Source: Spirogloea muscicola (lineage: Eukaryota). Taken from it: a DNA stretch of 64,000 nt. This document shows, piece after piece, positions 37,365 to 50,820 of the stretch. The stretch covers positions 62,001 through 126,000 of the forward strand of contig WELB01000012.1 in assembly GCA_009602725.1 (NCBI GenBank), read 5' to 3'. The notes under the pieces are model-generated. The model was given only the letters and a program-made list of their open reading frames with translations. It searched no databases and was not told where the DNA came from. Position 1 is the stretch's first letter; each line of letters opens with the position of its first letter. A program made the position numbers and the translations under genes.

Positions 37365-38064
37365 AAAACTTTCGTGTATTTGAAACAAACGAAGGCCAAA
37401 TGGCCAAGTACAAAGGCAAGCACATCTTAAGACCTACATAACCTACGATAGATTGACCCGCTCAGTAACCACGGGTCAAAACATAAAGGTCAATATTCGA
37501 TGCCTGGATACTAGATGGCAGATACGAAGCCCTTCTGCCACCAACTAGACCTCGCCCAGCTTTCTGGTGCAAAGCATCAGCCTGAGCACGCTGCAAACAG
37601 GCCGAAACTCGTCGTCGCAACAACGACAGATAAGCAGCTGGCAAGCCCATCTCAGCCGGAAACACATCTGCATGTCGTGTGTAGCCTAGATTGGCTATGT
37701 TTTGAAGGAGAGTGAGGAAATGAGGACCTAAGCAACCAAAGATGTCGATTGCCGCTGGCAAGAGCTGATCACATCGGGGGTAATCGGAGTAGTGCTGCAA
37801 CTTTGTTTGTTCAGCTTTGCCCACTGCGTGACCAGCGATGTGTGTCGATGCTGGACCTATATAGGCCTCCGCAACCACAATATCGACCAAAGCCCGTGGT
37901 CCTCCACCAGGTTGCACGCCCACAATGTCAAGTGTGCGGCAATGATGACGTCCCTGGGCATCCGTGGTGATAGGCATGATGTTGTTCACTTCCACGACTG
38001 CATGGTACCCGGCGTCGCGCATCAAACCCGCCAGAGCATCACGGAGGAGGTTGTGGATGCCCAC
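37365..38064 (-). mobile_element. Family E CRE-like element with an open 200-aa RLE domain
   Basis: HNLLRDAL..AGY..VE..RTLDIV..ALVDIVV..AEQTKLQHY..LLPAAIDIFGCLG..RRRVSACLQRAQA..VLTRGY-stop follows the RH/D/D/K-Y pattern of RLE domains. Confidence 0.9.
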
Positions 38065-38216
38065 CCAAAGAAGGGAAACAGAACAAAGACTCTTCCAGCG
38101 AAGGGCGATGGCTGTAAGTGGCCAGCCCAGAAAAAGAAAACAATGAAATGGAAGGGGCCAGAAAAGCGAGGAAAGAATATTAATCGCTTGGCAAGGGAAC
38201 GGGGCTCCCCTCTTCT

Positions 38217-38359
38217 TTTTGACCCGTGGTCACTGAGCGGGTCAATCTATTGTAGATTATGTAGGTCTTAAGTAGTGCTTGCCTTTGTACTTGGCCATTT
38301 GGCCTTCGTTTGTTTCAATACACGAAATTCCCCTCTTCTCTATGGGCGAGCACTTTCTT
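38217..38359 (+). mobile_element. Family E 3' UTR copy, inverted relative to 37365-37480
   Basis: Reverse-complement match over about 110 bp; ends TATGGGCGAGCACTTTCTTC; the same terminus occurs at about 37185-37210. Confidence 0.88.
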
Positions 38360-38397
38360 CCCAGAGGACAGAGGAAAGTGGCTCCCCCATCGGGAGA

Positions 38398-38732
38398 AAG
38401 AAGTGGCTCTCCCAATGGGGGCAAGGGCTGTGAGAAGCCAGCCCGAAAAGAATTGACAAGGTTCGAAGGGGCCAAACTACAAGCTAAGCAGCGACTGCGG
38501 GGCCTGAAGAGGCTATGGCAGAACGGGGGAGGATGGACCACTTAGTAGTTACGAGTGAGGAGCCTCACATCCGACAGACTAGCTGCCGGTAAACTATCCC
38601 CCTGACGAAAGCCGGAGGCCGCAGTGAGAGCACGGTCAGCACGCAGATGCAAGGCGTGGGCCATGGACCGCTGGAGGGAGACGGACAAGCGCATACGATA
38701 CACCTGAGCCCACGAGCCAGCGGCGTTGAAGT
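38398..38732 (-). mobile_element. Family A element, 5'-truncated, inserted in an opposite-strand family A tip
   Basis: FNAAGSWAQVYRMRLSVSLQRSMAHALHLRA..LLTRNY-stop; TSD GGGAGA at 38392-38397 and 38734-38739. Confidence 0.92.
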
Positions 38733-39029
38733 TGGGAGAGCCACTTCTTCTACGGGCGAGCCGTCTTCCTGCTCTCCCACACAGAGAGAGAGAAGGCGCG
38801 CGGTTCGGCTTGAAGAAAGGGAGGCCAAGTCGTCGAGCCTTACAAAAGTCCTGGTAAAAGGGCAATAGTTGCTCTCCAAAAACCAACAGCCCTTGCCCAA
38901 ACGGAAAGGAGTTCAAAAGGGGCAAGGGGAACAGCCAGCCCGAAAAGAATCGACAACGTAAGCAGTGAGTTCAAATTGCTGGGATGGCAGCCTCGAAGCA
39001 CAGCGGAGCCCGTTGCTTTGACAAGTGGG

Positions 39030-39965
39030 CTTTAGACAGACTTTCACGGCCTCGCTCCGGCTCCTCCCACCGATAGACGTGCGCGGCCGTGCTCGGCTGC
39101 GATCAGCATCCTCCCCTGGCGCGGCAGCCTGGCTCTCGGCGCTCCCCCTCAACGACACACTCAGGAAGCCGGATGAGCTTTTTCGCACGGCAGTCCATCG
39201 CCTGCTTCGTCTCCCCCCGCCCTGTCTGCTGGGCGTATTGCAGTGCGAGTGCGGGGAGCGATCGGCGGACCCTGCGGAGCTGGCGGCTACACGGTGGCGA
39301 TGGAGAACACTTCCATCATGCCAATCCTCCAGAAGGCCGACGGACTACACACGCGCCGGGTCGACTTGGTGGCCTCAACGCCGGGAGGCGGCGCGCGCAT
39401 CATTGCAGACGTGGTCACCACCGATGTGGTGGACCGATCCAATTCGGAGCTCTCTGCCTCGCAGGCTGGCCTTGCTGCGGCGATGGCTGCTCGCAGCAAG
39501 GCGGCCAAACACGCTGACCACCCGGCTGGAGACGAGTTCGTACCCCTAGCCGTGGATGTGCACGGGGCTCTTGGGTCCTAGTGGCTCGACCTGCTAGCCA
39601 GGCTTGCGCAACGCGCTGTGTCCCGCAGGCGAGGTGAGCCGGCTGACTTCAACGCCGCTGGCTCGTGGGCCCAGGTTTATCGCATGCGTCTTTCAATGTC
39701 CCTCCAGCGGTCCATGGCCCACGCCTTGCATCTGCGCGCTGGCCGTGCTCCCGCTGCCGCCTCTGGCTTTCGTCAGGGAGATTGCTTTCCGGCAGCTAGT
39801 CTGTCGGGTTTGAGGCTCCTCACTCGGAGCTACTGAGTGGTCCATCCTACACCCGTTCTGACATAGCGCTTTAGGCCCCTCCGTCATTTGGCCCCTTCGA
39901 ACCTCTGTCAATTCTTCTCGGGCTGGCTTTTCACAGCCCTCGCCCCCTCCGCAAGAGCCTCTTTC
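39030..39965 (+). mobile_element. Longest A-related CRE-like copy (post-RT region, CxC, RLE, 3' UTR), with internal deletion and stop
   Basis: RARLRSASSPGAAAWLSALP..FRTAVHRLLRLP..QCECG is the typical CRE pre-finger block; then RRVDLV..IIADVV..SKAAKHADHPAGDEFVPLAVDVHGALG..LLTRSY-stop. Confidence 0.92.
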
Positions 39966-39979
39966 CTTCTTCCTGTCTG

Positions 39980-40480
39980 TTTGGCCCTTCTGCGGCCTTA
40001 GGAACTTGTCATTCTTTTGGGCTGGACCTTGTTCATTCCTTTGGGCTGGCCTCCCACAGCCATTGTCTTACAATGAAGGAGCTCCTTTCTTTCTGGGGGG
40101 GCCTCGACAGGCCTCAGCCCCTTTGGAAGAGCTAAGCGGCGGAGTGCCTCTTTCCCTGCAGCGAGCTACTTTGACTTGATGTTGCTCACTCGCGGGTACT
40201 GAGCTTCCCTTTGAAAGAGCTGCTTCATCTAAGCCAGGCCACTAGCCATTGTCTTCCGTGGCGGTGCTCCGGCTCCCCGAGTCAGCCTGTCGCATCTGTA
40301 TGTGCTTACTCGTGAGCACTGAAAGTGATAAATTCCCACCTCAGCGGGCTTTTACATCAGCATTCCTTAGCATAGGGCTTTGCTTTATGTAGCCCCACAC
40401 TCTGCACTAGCTTTTGCCTGAAGTGCATTGGCTTGACTTGGCCTCCCCTTCATTTTATGCAACCCGCGCACCTTTTCTCT
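39980..40480 (+). mobile_element. Head-to-tail train of short 3' fragments (hairpin modules, family C piece, family D piece with terminus)
   Basis: Modules at 40005-40062; family C LLTRGY-stop at 40136-40210; family D-like LYVLTREH-stop at 40230-40322; family D tip at 40432-40480. Confidence 0.8.
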
Positions 40481-41267
40481 TCTGCGGCCATCGCTCACAT
40501 CGAGAGAGCAGCGCCCTTCTCCTTGCACCTCCAGTGAGGGACACGAGGGGGAGTCCTGAAGAGTCCAAGTGCTGATATAGTCCAAGAGCTGATATAGGCA
40601 TCCAACCAAAACGAGACGCTTGTGCCAGGCACCAGCAATGTTGCTCACAGTAAAGGCACCTTGTTGCTCTTGGATGGATAGTGTGTCTAGCTCGGCTTGG
40701 CCTCCCTTGCACACAGCTTGTCTCGTGTTGAGATATTTCCCTGCCCCCCGATAACTATGCCACTTGTGCTGCATGGCATCTCGTGACTTCTAGCTCTCAC
40801 AAAGTACGAGAGAGACCTTAAGCCCGGTACTGGGCGAGCACCTGGTTACCTCTCTTATGGCGGCCCAGCTTGCTGCCTTGCAATGCATATCTTCCTCATC
40901 CCCATATCACGTCTGCATTTACTAATAAGAGTCCAAAGTTGTGATAAAAAGGCACTGAGCTGAATAAGGTACTAAACTGAAGCAACTTGCCCATGCCAAA
41001 GTCAGCTGATCAGGCCTATCTGCAGCTCCTCGGCTAACCAGGACAGAAAGCCCAGCTACCAGCACAACTAGCATTGAAGCCCCAGCCCAACATCTTCTTT
41101 GGATAGATCGTATGCCAGCACCCTACACTTCATGAAAGAGAGATTGTGAGGGTAGAGGTACACAGGGTTTGTTAAGTCGAGGTACAAGTTAACAAGTCCT
41201 AAGGGCATTGGAAGATGTGAATGTCAAACCAGAACAGCCAAGAGATAGGCAGAGTGGTCAAAGCTGA

Positions 41268-44200
41268 TCAAAAGTCACCAGACTCAATCTTCTCTAAGAG
41301 ATCAAGCCGGGTTTTGCGCTTCCAACTGTATGTTGAAGCCACCAGATTAATAAGGCCCGTAATCTGAGCCTTTGAATATTCCTGCATCATGCTCCCAGCA
41401 CACATTCAAAGTCAAGCCGGTTGTATCGCCATACATCAACAGCCCTCAGACAGCCAGACTGCGACCTTAGGGTACTTCTTGTGGCTCACAATATTCTATC
41501 TGTCTGACTCAGCATTGTGAAAGTCGATACTGTACAAGCAAATTATCATCCGTACATCCAGAGGCATGTGCCGCATCTGTTGCACAACTTACAGAGTGCG
41601 TGCGAGCCCAATGAAGGTACTCAGTCTCTGGCAAGTAGAAAGCCTGGCAGATGTAGTGAGAGTGTCAGACGGTGGCTGCTCAATTTGACCCAATTTAAGC
41701 ACATCATAGACATGTGAGAGGCTCATTGGATGGGATCATAAGCAGGCCACCAATGCTCTGAATGCTTCAACGCTTAACTGTAAACATCTGAGCAGTACCT
41801 TATTGATGACGAGCCTCATGTACTCACCAGGGCAATTTAGCAGGGCAAGACGACACAGCCGCTAATGAAAGAGACAGACAAATGAGTGTCTTGTGTATGG
41901 GACTCGACACAAGTGACGTACCTTAATGTAATTCTCAACAGTCTGCAGGCTGGGCTTACTTTGCGCAGGTGCCAGAGCATGCAGACCGTTGATGAGCACC
42001 TGTGTGAGAAGGAAAAGTTCCGGTCAATGTGGAACTTCGCATATCAGACATGCTGTCCACAATGAGCGACTGTGTCCTCTAATATGTCTGTTCAGGAGAA
42101 AATTTACCTGACATTAGAATTGTTTCATGGACTAGCTCATGAGCCTGTTGTAGATCTACTTGATATAATATCATTTGTGAATTACCTGGAGGTCAAGGGA
42201 CATGAGGGCTCGGCCCTCATTAGTACACCTACGAACACGCGAGAATCCCTCTACCATGACTGCTGCTATCTCATCTATACCATTCTCTCTTAACTGTACC
42301 TGCACCTGTGGCAGTATTGAAGTATTGAAATATGTGAGCTGATCAGTCGTCATCACAGCGATGAGTGAATGCATGGCATTCTTCTCAATGCATGTTGCGG
42401 ACTTTGTCATTGCTCCTGTGCTAGCTCAAGGATCTGAAGCTCAGTACAAGAGATTTATGAGTCATATTTCGTAGGTAGGAAATAGCACATCCAGTAAGGC
42501 TCCCTTATTTACATGCTGACAGGCCTGCAGGCTTTGCACACGCACCTCAACAGAAACACCTGAATTTTGAAGTTTCAAGGCAAACAACTTGAAGTCGGCC
42601 AGTAGCAGATCAACATATGTGTTGTGATCCATTCCCACCTCCTTGACCTCCCACCTCACTGCTGCTATCTTCTCAGCGTACCTGCAGATGACACGCGTTT
42701 TACAAGCTAGCAGATCAGACAAATTGCTGGGAAATCTGTATTAGAGGAAGTAAGTACGACAATCAAGACCCCAACTCTATCAAATAAGACCAAAAGCTCC
42801 ATATGACTAACACAATCTTACAACTTGGGCCAGTCCTTGCTTGCTTACGTCAAAGGCTAGCACAATTGTAACACACAAGACCTGCAATGTGGCAATTACC
42901 AGCCAATATTCATCATGGCCCTTGTAAGTGTCTTATTGAGGTGCTCCCGCAAGTCTGGTACTGCGTCAACCTGAGCATAGTATAAACCATGAAATAAGGT
43001 GGCAGCCCAGAAGCAGACACTTTCCCGCAGATCTTGCTGATATGTGCTTGTCATGCATGAGTTGTGCAAATAGGGAGCTCCTACTCACAAGCCCAGCCAA
43101 GCAAGAGCAACATAAGACAAGCCAAAATCTGTGACCTCCACTACCTTCACTGATGGATGTGCATGATTATTACCGTCCTCGCAAAGAAGTGGTCGAGTGC
43201 AGGAAGTGCCTCATAAGGCAAAAGCTGTTGCAGACGAGGTCGCCAATGCTTGAGCATATCAGCCAGCCACACAGCTGAACTGGATGCTACACACATTTCC
43301 TGCATCAAGCAAATGATACCACAGGTCAGACTTGCTCACAGCTTCAAATCTTTGAAGGTTCAAAGTGCATCAAATGCACCAAAAGTATAATAATCTGCCA
43401 GACTGATTGTGAAGGTCATTGGACTAACCCTGAGGCCATTGAGATTATTTGCAGAGAGCATGGTGGCATGCTGCGCTCCAAGAGCAGGACTCATGGGAGG
43501 AGTCAATCCATCTGTGCCTGAAGAAGAGGGGCTACCGCCCATTGCATTGTTCACAACAGATGCCACCGACAGCACACCTGGAGATGCTACTGGAAAGGGC
43601 TTGTGCCGGAACTCTTCCAAACCCTGGGATATCCTCGTGAGCGTGGCTCGTAGCCTTGGCGTATGAACTGTGGCATCCAATGTTCCGCTTAGAACTTGCA
43701 CAGCGTCTCATTGCAAGTAAAGTTGGTACACGCTACTATGGAGTAGCCTCTGTAGTGCACTTGCATGCCATAACCTCAGTCACAGAGTCCATTGATTGAA
43801 TAGCAGCGGCATAACATCTCCTCAACAACCTTGCACAACCATTTTCACCATTTTCACGGACTTCCGGAACCCTAGTCTGTGGCAGTGTAATTATTGTGCG
43901 CATTGTAATTATTGTAATGGCTGCTGTAAGCATTTGCAGGAGTCAAATTTGTTGCATGCATAAATTGACTGCAGGAGCTTACAATGTGCTGTTGAGGAAT
44001 CCCGTTGGCCAAATATGCGGAATATGCTCAGCAAGTAGAACTCAAAGAGCTGGCACAGACCCTGCCAATACATACTACAAACAGATAACTGTCTCAAGCA
44101 CTAAAATTGGCAGGCAGCATATCTTATGCAAATGTGAGGTGCAATTGCAGATCTGGATGACATGGGTCACACCCAGCAAGAATGTGTCCATAGAATCTTG

Positions 44201-47200
44201 ACTCTAAGAGACCTACCTTGAACGCCTCGTGGGCTATGGGCTGCAAAATTTGCATGAGCCGTGCATACCTATCCATAAACCTGAACAGTACGTACAAAGA
44301 CTTGTAAGAAGTGTGTCATGAGTCTGTCGACATCACCCTGCGAATCAAGCTTCCTATGCATACCAAATTTCTTATATCACATATGAGACAGAGGCTCCTG
44401 AGCAGTCAAGGCTAGATTCAATAGCCGCCATCTGGTTGCTGTTTGACTGGGACATTGATGTCGAGCCGATGTAGGAGTGTGACTATTGCTGTTGACCTAG
44501 ACTTTTAGACATCTCTTGAAGCAACGCCATGCCTTGGTCAGGTCAATATGAGTGCAACCACCCACCGAAGGGCGCTGATACTGGAGCCAGTGAGCATGGG
44601 GCCGCCTTCTCCCAGCTCTCCTCTACTCTCCTTTGCACCTCCACCCACCTTTCCTTCCTCTCTCCTCCTGCCACTGCTCTGTGGCTTCTGAGCTTCCTCG
44701 TCAATGAAGTCGGCCATCAGCTCCTCAGTCTCCTCCTCCTCTTCCTCTTCTTCCCTGCCCCCCCTACCAACACTCCCCCTCTCCATAGTGTCCAGCCTGT
44801 GGAGGCTGCCATTCCCCTTCACATCCAGGCTTGCAATAATCCAAGCCCTCCTGGGCATATTGCCGTTTGCAACGTTTAAGCCCCTGAGGGTTGCTTCTGG
44901 AGTTGCTGGACTTCTGCCAGAGTTACCCTGTGTAAGGATGCTGCGCCAGCTGTTGCCCTGCACGTCACGAAAGGGGTTTCCAGCATCCGCCCACCCTGCA
45001 AAAGCACCTCTGGCCTCACTATGATGTGGATTCAACGGCATTACTCCGGTGCCCAGGGAGAGCAGCGGGGCACCGTTGCCGGTCAGCCCTGCCAAGTCCA
45101 CAGACTGAAATGCAGCAGGCGAGAGTTGCTGCCAGGTCTCTCTCTCCAGCATCATTCGCAACACCTGTGATATCATTCTCAGAGCAAAACAGGCATGAGT
45201 CTGGGTGTTGCAGAGACATCTAAGAGCTCAGGAGGGGCAATATGTCCTATTTACCACGAGACAGAAGCCTGTGCTGCCCTGTATGATAATGTGTCCTGTA
45301 TGTGCACGTTATGACCTTTGTTTCAGTCAGGCCAACATATAGGCTGGGCTTGCAAGCTGTCCGCTACGCGCATGAGTACAAACTTAAGTCACATCATAGC
45401 TCCTGATCTTGCTGGTGAAGGCAATCTTGCTGCCCGCAGTGTTGCAGCTGAAACACAAACAGATAGTCAGCATACCTCAATGTTTTGTCTATGGACCGAC
45501 TTGAAGTAAGCTTCACTCTGCTTGGTCAATGTGGCTCTCAATCCAATGGCTTCAGTGCCGCTGAAAGCTTCTCCAGCGAGGATGAACTGATTCACCCACT
45601 CCAAGCTCTGCCAATAATACGTCAATTTCATGTGGCCTATCAAGCCCTTTGCTTGGCTCAATTGACTGAATACCAACTCTATCATATGACCACAGAGACG
45701 GGCTTGGCTCACTTTGGAGTCCAATGTCCTTCTTGAGTCCTACACACCTGTAGTGTGCAAGTAGCTGTACCCCTAACCTTCATGAGTAGTGCAGGTGGTA
45801 TGGATTATCGCAAATACCTGTAGGAAATTGTGGGCGCTGGATGAACAGATGGCATCAGAGGAGAGGAGAGAAGACACTCTTCTAGCAGCAGTCTCCCACA
45901 AAGCTCTGCTCTCTCTCCTCAAGCCACGCCTTACTTGCAGCATTGTCTCAAGTCTCATCTGAGAGAAAATGTCAGCACCAGCATCCTCCCTTCCTGACGT
46001 TGAGACGTCCCCTCCTTTCTCCTCCCTTGGCCTAGATATCACAGTCTCGCCAGCGAACTCTCCAATGTCTCCTTGGACACTGACTACAGTGTCATTCTCT
46101 ACTGCAGGATTGTGTCCTGCTTCCTCTTTTCCTCGCTCCTCGTCACAAGAAGCCCCAATGCAAGATGACTGCGTGCGCCTGATGGTTGACGAAGCCTTCT
46201 CAGAACCCTCTCCTCTCTCACCATTCTGCTGACTGCTCATGCCAGCTTCTTGCCATGAATCTGACCTTGCTGAGCTCGCCCTTGCACTAGCGGGACGCCT
46301 CAGATCACCATCAGAGCTTGTTCGACTGAGTACACTATTGGAGGAGACCTTAGAGGGTCCAGTAGCAGCCCCAATCTGTGACTTTCCCACGGATTCAGGG
46401 CTGCCTTTGTCCTCGACTGAAGCTTCTAAGGTGGACTTCTCTGCAACGGGTTGGCTTGTGCTGGCCAAATCTGCAACCTGTTTCAACAGGCAGATAATAA
46501 TTTATAGCTGACATATGTATAGTTGCCATGGTAATAGAAAACAAAGAAAACAAACAACAAGCTGAGCTTGCTTACTTGTGGTGGGTCCCAGGCAAGCATG
46601 GTTTGATAGGAGCAGAGGAGGTCAAACAGGACTTCAAGTGTCTTGTGAAGGCACTGCCTGAAAGATTTCTCAGGCAGTAGCATGCAGAGCTCCTCGTATG
46701 ACAATCTGGAAGCAGGGAAACGCAGGCTTAGCTTAAAGTCAGAGCTGCTCTCTTCTTCAGTTTGTCTCTACCTTGTGGAGCTACAGAATGAGTACTAGGC
46801 TATCCATTCAGAAGGTCAATATGATGGCCAAATACCTGCTTGTACCCTGCTTACATTGCAATATTTCCATAGGAGCATCCTGCTTCCAAGTAGCAGTCAG
46901 ATGTCCACAGAAGGGTATGTCACTGCTTGTATTAATTTCTCCTGCTAACAATATCAGCAGGACCAGCAGCAATCTTGAGCACATCTCTCCCTGATGATGT
47001 TGACACACGGCCTTGAAGGTTCAGAAGCCAACATACACCTCAGGCTTGGTGAGTCACAGAACTTGCCTGGTACAAGAAGCCTTTGAGGACATCCTGTGTT
47101 TCAGAGACAACAATGTCATGGAAGTAGCCCTGAATTTTCTCCAGTAGCACAGATGCATCATCGAGCACAGCATAAGCATCTATGACCTGCAGCAGACAAC

Positions 47201-50200
47201 GTCGTTTTTGGTAAGCATGCAAGATGATGAAGGTGATTGAAGTCAAGAACAGAAGCACTGTGTATGGAAGACAGACTTTGGCGCGTGCTGATGTCATAGG
47301 TAGTCAAAAGTAGTAATGGCAGTGAATCTATGAAGAAGATAACGCTGAGGCTTGCTCATTCACCCGCAAGTAGCAATCTTCGTCAAAACTGCGACACAAT
47401 TGCCTCATCTCCATGTCCACCTTCTCAACTGTTTTCTCCAACCACATCTGCCAAAATTCAAATATGACAATACGAATGTGCATCAAGCTTGTTGACATTC
47501 TTTTCAACCTACTGCTGCAGTAAGTGATCCACATGAATGACAATATTGACATTGCTATCAGACTGCACAGTCATGTTGAGTGATCCAACTTAACTTATTA
47601 TACAGAGGTGCCACAGGAAAGCTCAAAAACTTGCTAAAGCTGGATGTGTGTGCTATGGTCTAACACATGCTCCGTGCTGAATGCAGAAAGAGCATCTATC
47701 TTCCTTGTGTATTTATGGGCATGCTTGCCCTTTGACTCCTCGACATTCTTAGCAATGTGCCCCCTCTAACGAGTACGATGGCTGCAGTCCCCAAAGCTGG
47801 TCAGCAATTATCAAGGTACTAGGAGGGGGAACAGTGGCATAAAAGATCTGGGCAGGTGCCAACCTCAATGCTGCTGTTCATGTCTTGCACAGCTTTGAAC
47901 CTGGAGTACTCTTGCATGAGCACCAGGCAGTGGGAGCACACACGGAGTGCCTGCCAGATGTGGCACAGAGCGTCGTGAGCATCTCACATGCAGAAAGGGA
48001 GTTTAGCGGGTGGAGAACCCCACAGTCATGAACCTCAACTTATCCCTCACCTTGGCATAATCTCCACTCTCCAGCAACTTGTCAAGACCAGCCTTTAGTC
48101 TAGCAAGATCCTGGATCTGATGCAGGATAGGCACAGTGTCCTGGAAACAGAGAAACGATACGGAAATTATGCACGTCGAAGATGACGTCATCACGGGGGC
48201 ATGCTCTGAAGCTAGACAGGTCTCATAAAAGTGGCAAACTTAGAATGACAGTAGGCAACCACAAAAACTAATCCCTCTCGTCTTTCAATGCTGTGTTGGA
48301 ATCACGTGCCAGTAAGATCTGTTTCTGTCGGACAGCATCATACACGGCCAGATTTTGTGTGACATCTTCCATCGCCTGTGCTAGGTATCTCCTCCCATTC
48401 TGCAGACGCCAAACAATGCCTCTGAGTCCAGATCTTTGTCAGGATGCAAGTACTCCTCACATTTGAAAGCAATCTCATGTAGGTGATGTCCAAGGGAGCA
48501 GTTATAGCTCATCACCCTGCAGATGATACTTGTCAACTGCAGATCTCGTTCTAGCTCAGCCACGAGATGAACGCCTTGCACTGTCACAAGTCCATATAAA
48601 ACACTTCATCATGGACTTCTCTTCTGAAGCAACAGCGAAGTGCCTGCAGGTCAAGCCTTGAGCCTCGGCACTGTTTGGCTCGGAGCCACAGCAGCTTCTT
48701 GTGGTTGTTTTGGCATTGTGCATCTGCTGTAATGAATCTGAGTGTCACCAATATCCATCGGGCAACTATGTCCAGGAAGCTAATCAAAGAGGCTTCATTG
48801 CATCCTAACAATCTCCTAGCTGCTTGTGTATAGCCAACTGCTTTGCCTCAACGGATCTAATTGCCAGATCTCATGCTTGTACTTCTGAAGAAGCTCACCC
48901 ATCTCCTCGTGGTGCTCCATAACTTGCTGAGAGAGCTCCTCTGTGACCAAATCAAGCTGCTGAAGTTTCTTCCGGCACTGTGCCGCCAACAAAAGCAAGT
49001 ACAAGTAATCACAACTCCCCTCCAAGACAGAGCGGTAAGAGCGCTCAGACACTGCAACGACATGGCTACCTCATCATGCAGGGCTGACTGACTGCCACAC
49101 AGAAATACGCGGGAGCTTGCACACAACCAGAAGAAGCTCCAAAGTAGCAATGTGATGGCTCTGCTGACGGAGGACAATTGCGACTAGCTGGTAAAAGGGA
49201 GGGGTTAGCATAGAGCTTGCCTCAGCTCCAAGGAAGGCCTGATCGGATTCAATCTCAGGCAAGCGTTCCAGCATGAACCTCACTGGGTCAAAGTCCTGCT
49301 CAGCACAGCTAGCTAACTTAGGCAGTTTCTACTGACTGTGGGCTCGAATGATGTTCTGCAACAATATCTGCTGGTAACCAGCTCAACATCTTCCTGAAAT
49401 AGTTGCAGAAACTATGTCTTCCATTTGCAGACAGTAAGAATGTGCAGATGGAGAGCCTAAACACCTTCTGGTAGAACGCTAGATCAAGGTCTTCAACTTC
49501 TGCAGTAGGGGTGCCAGCCTCTCCATCAGCATCGCTACTCTTGCTACCAAGTGAGGACGTCGACGATGTACGAATTGGATAGCGCTGGTGTGGTGGCACT
49601 GAGACCAGTCGGCGGGCGACCCTCGCTGCCGCTATTGCTTGAGGCGGCACCTGTCCACAGATGTGCTATTGCGTGTGCTCAGCAGCTTGTGAGAGATGTC
49701 AATCTGACAGTATCCTACTCAGTTGTGACTCACCCCAGAAAGACGAAAATGCTTCCTCTACGAAGCGCGAAGCAGCAGGAACACGATTGAGATGCGATGA
49801 CCACGGCATTCACTTCCTCTTCAGCTAGTCATGCTTGCACTAGGCCAAGGCTTGCAGCATAGCCGGACAGATTCAGGAGTCCAAGCCTTGCATGCGCCGA
49901 TCGCAAAGCTGAACAACCTCGTCAGGCACTTCTGTCCTCTACTTGCAGCAACGTGGACAACTGACGGCCTCAAAGCATTCATGCAATGAATAGTCTGCTG
50001 CAGGGGCCCCGTGCACAGTAGAGAGATTGGCAAGCCGCGAGGCCTTATAGCTCACGGCCGGCAGGCTAGCAAAGGCATCTGGCTGTGGGGCTGGAGCTGC
50101 AGCTGGCAGCAGGCAGGGTGCTCCAAGCGCCAGGCAACCTCCGGAAGGCTAGCTGCCTGCCAGCGGTTGAGGCCCTTGCTGGCCTGCAGATGTGACCACC

Positions 50201-50388
50201 AATTGGCCGCATTGCTGGCGCGCCTGCCCGCAAAGGCTCGACCACCAGCAGGCAGAGAGAAATGGCAATCACGGCGTGCCCTGGCGTTGCAGCACCTGCG
50301 GGTGGCCGCTGGCAGCTGGGAGGCGGGGCAGCGACGACGCCTGGACGTGCCTCACCCAGCGCTCCGCCCAGCTCTGGAAATCCATCAT
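41268..50388 (-). CDS. VPS50: VPS50 / syndetin / CCDC132 (EARP complex subunit), many exons
   Basis: DFDPVRFMLE; LDLVTEELSQQVMEHHEEM; GVHLVAELERDLQL; LRMMLERETWQ; EGFSRVRRCTNEGRALMSLDLQ; AFYLPETEY; WKRKTRLDLLEKIE. Confidence 0.95.
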
Positions 50389-50723
50389 GACCGCCGCAGC
50401 CGCCGCCCCCGCCGCCGCCGCCCCCGGCCGTCCCGCATGCCTCGATTAGCCCGCGCCTCGCCGCGCCGCTTCTGCAACCGCCCGTGACGTGGCCTGCCGG
50501 CACAGCAGCCGCCTAAAGCCGCCGCGGGCCTCCGCCCGCTCCGCTTCACACCTACGCCGGGTGCCCGGCCCGCCGCCTGCCGCAACGGCGGCGGCGGCGG
50601 GGGCGGCGGGTGCTTCCGGCGGGGGGGGAGCCGGCGCGCGCCGGACCCGCAGGGTACTGCGTGCCCCGGGAAGAAGAGTGCGGCTGCCGACTGAAGGCGA
50701 GCTGGGGAGCTCGACGGGAACCG

Positions 50724-50820
50724 ATGGCAAAGCCAGCCCAAAAGCCAGGAGGGGCTGGCTTTGTTATCGAACAAGGTCCAAAGGGCCATACAAGAGGAGC
50801 GGCTGTAAAGGCCAGCCAGG
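50724..50820. mobile_element. Short hairpin-module fragments upstream of VPS50
   Basis: TGGCAAAGCCAGCCC, GGGCTGGCTTTG and GGCTGTAAAGGCCAGCC match the family C/A hairpins. Confidence 0.6.

Noticed and set aside
37365..38330. DNA transposon or MITE with terminal inverted repeats
   Set aside because: The arms are two opposed family E 3' UTR copies; there is no transposase or shared TSD.
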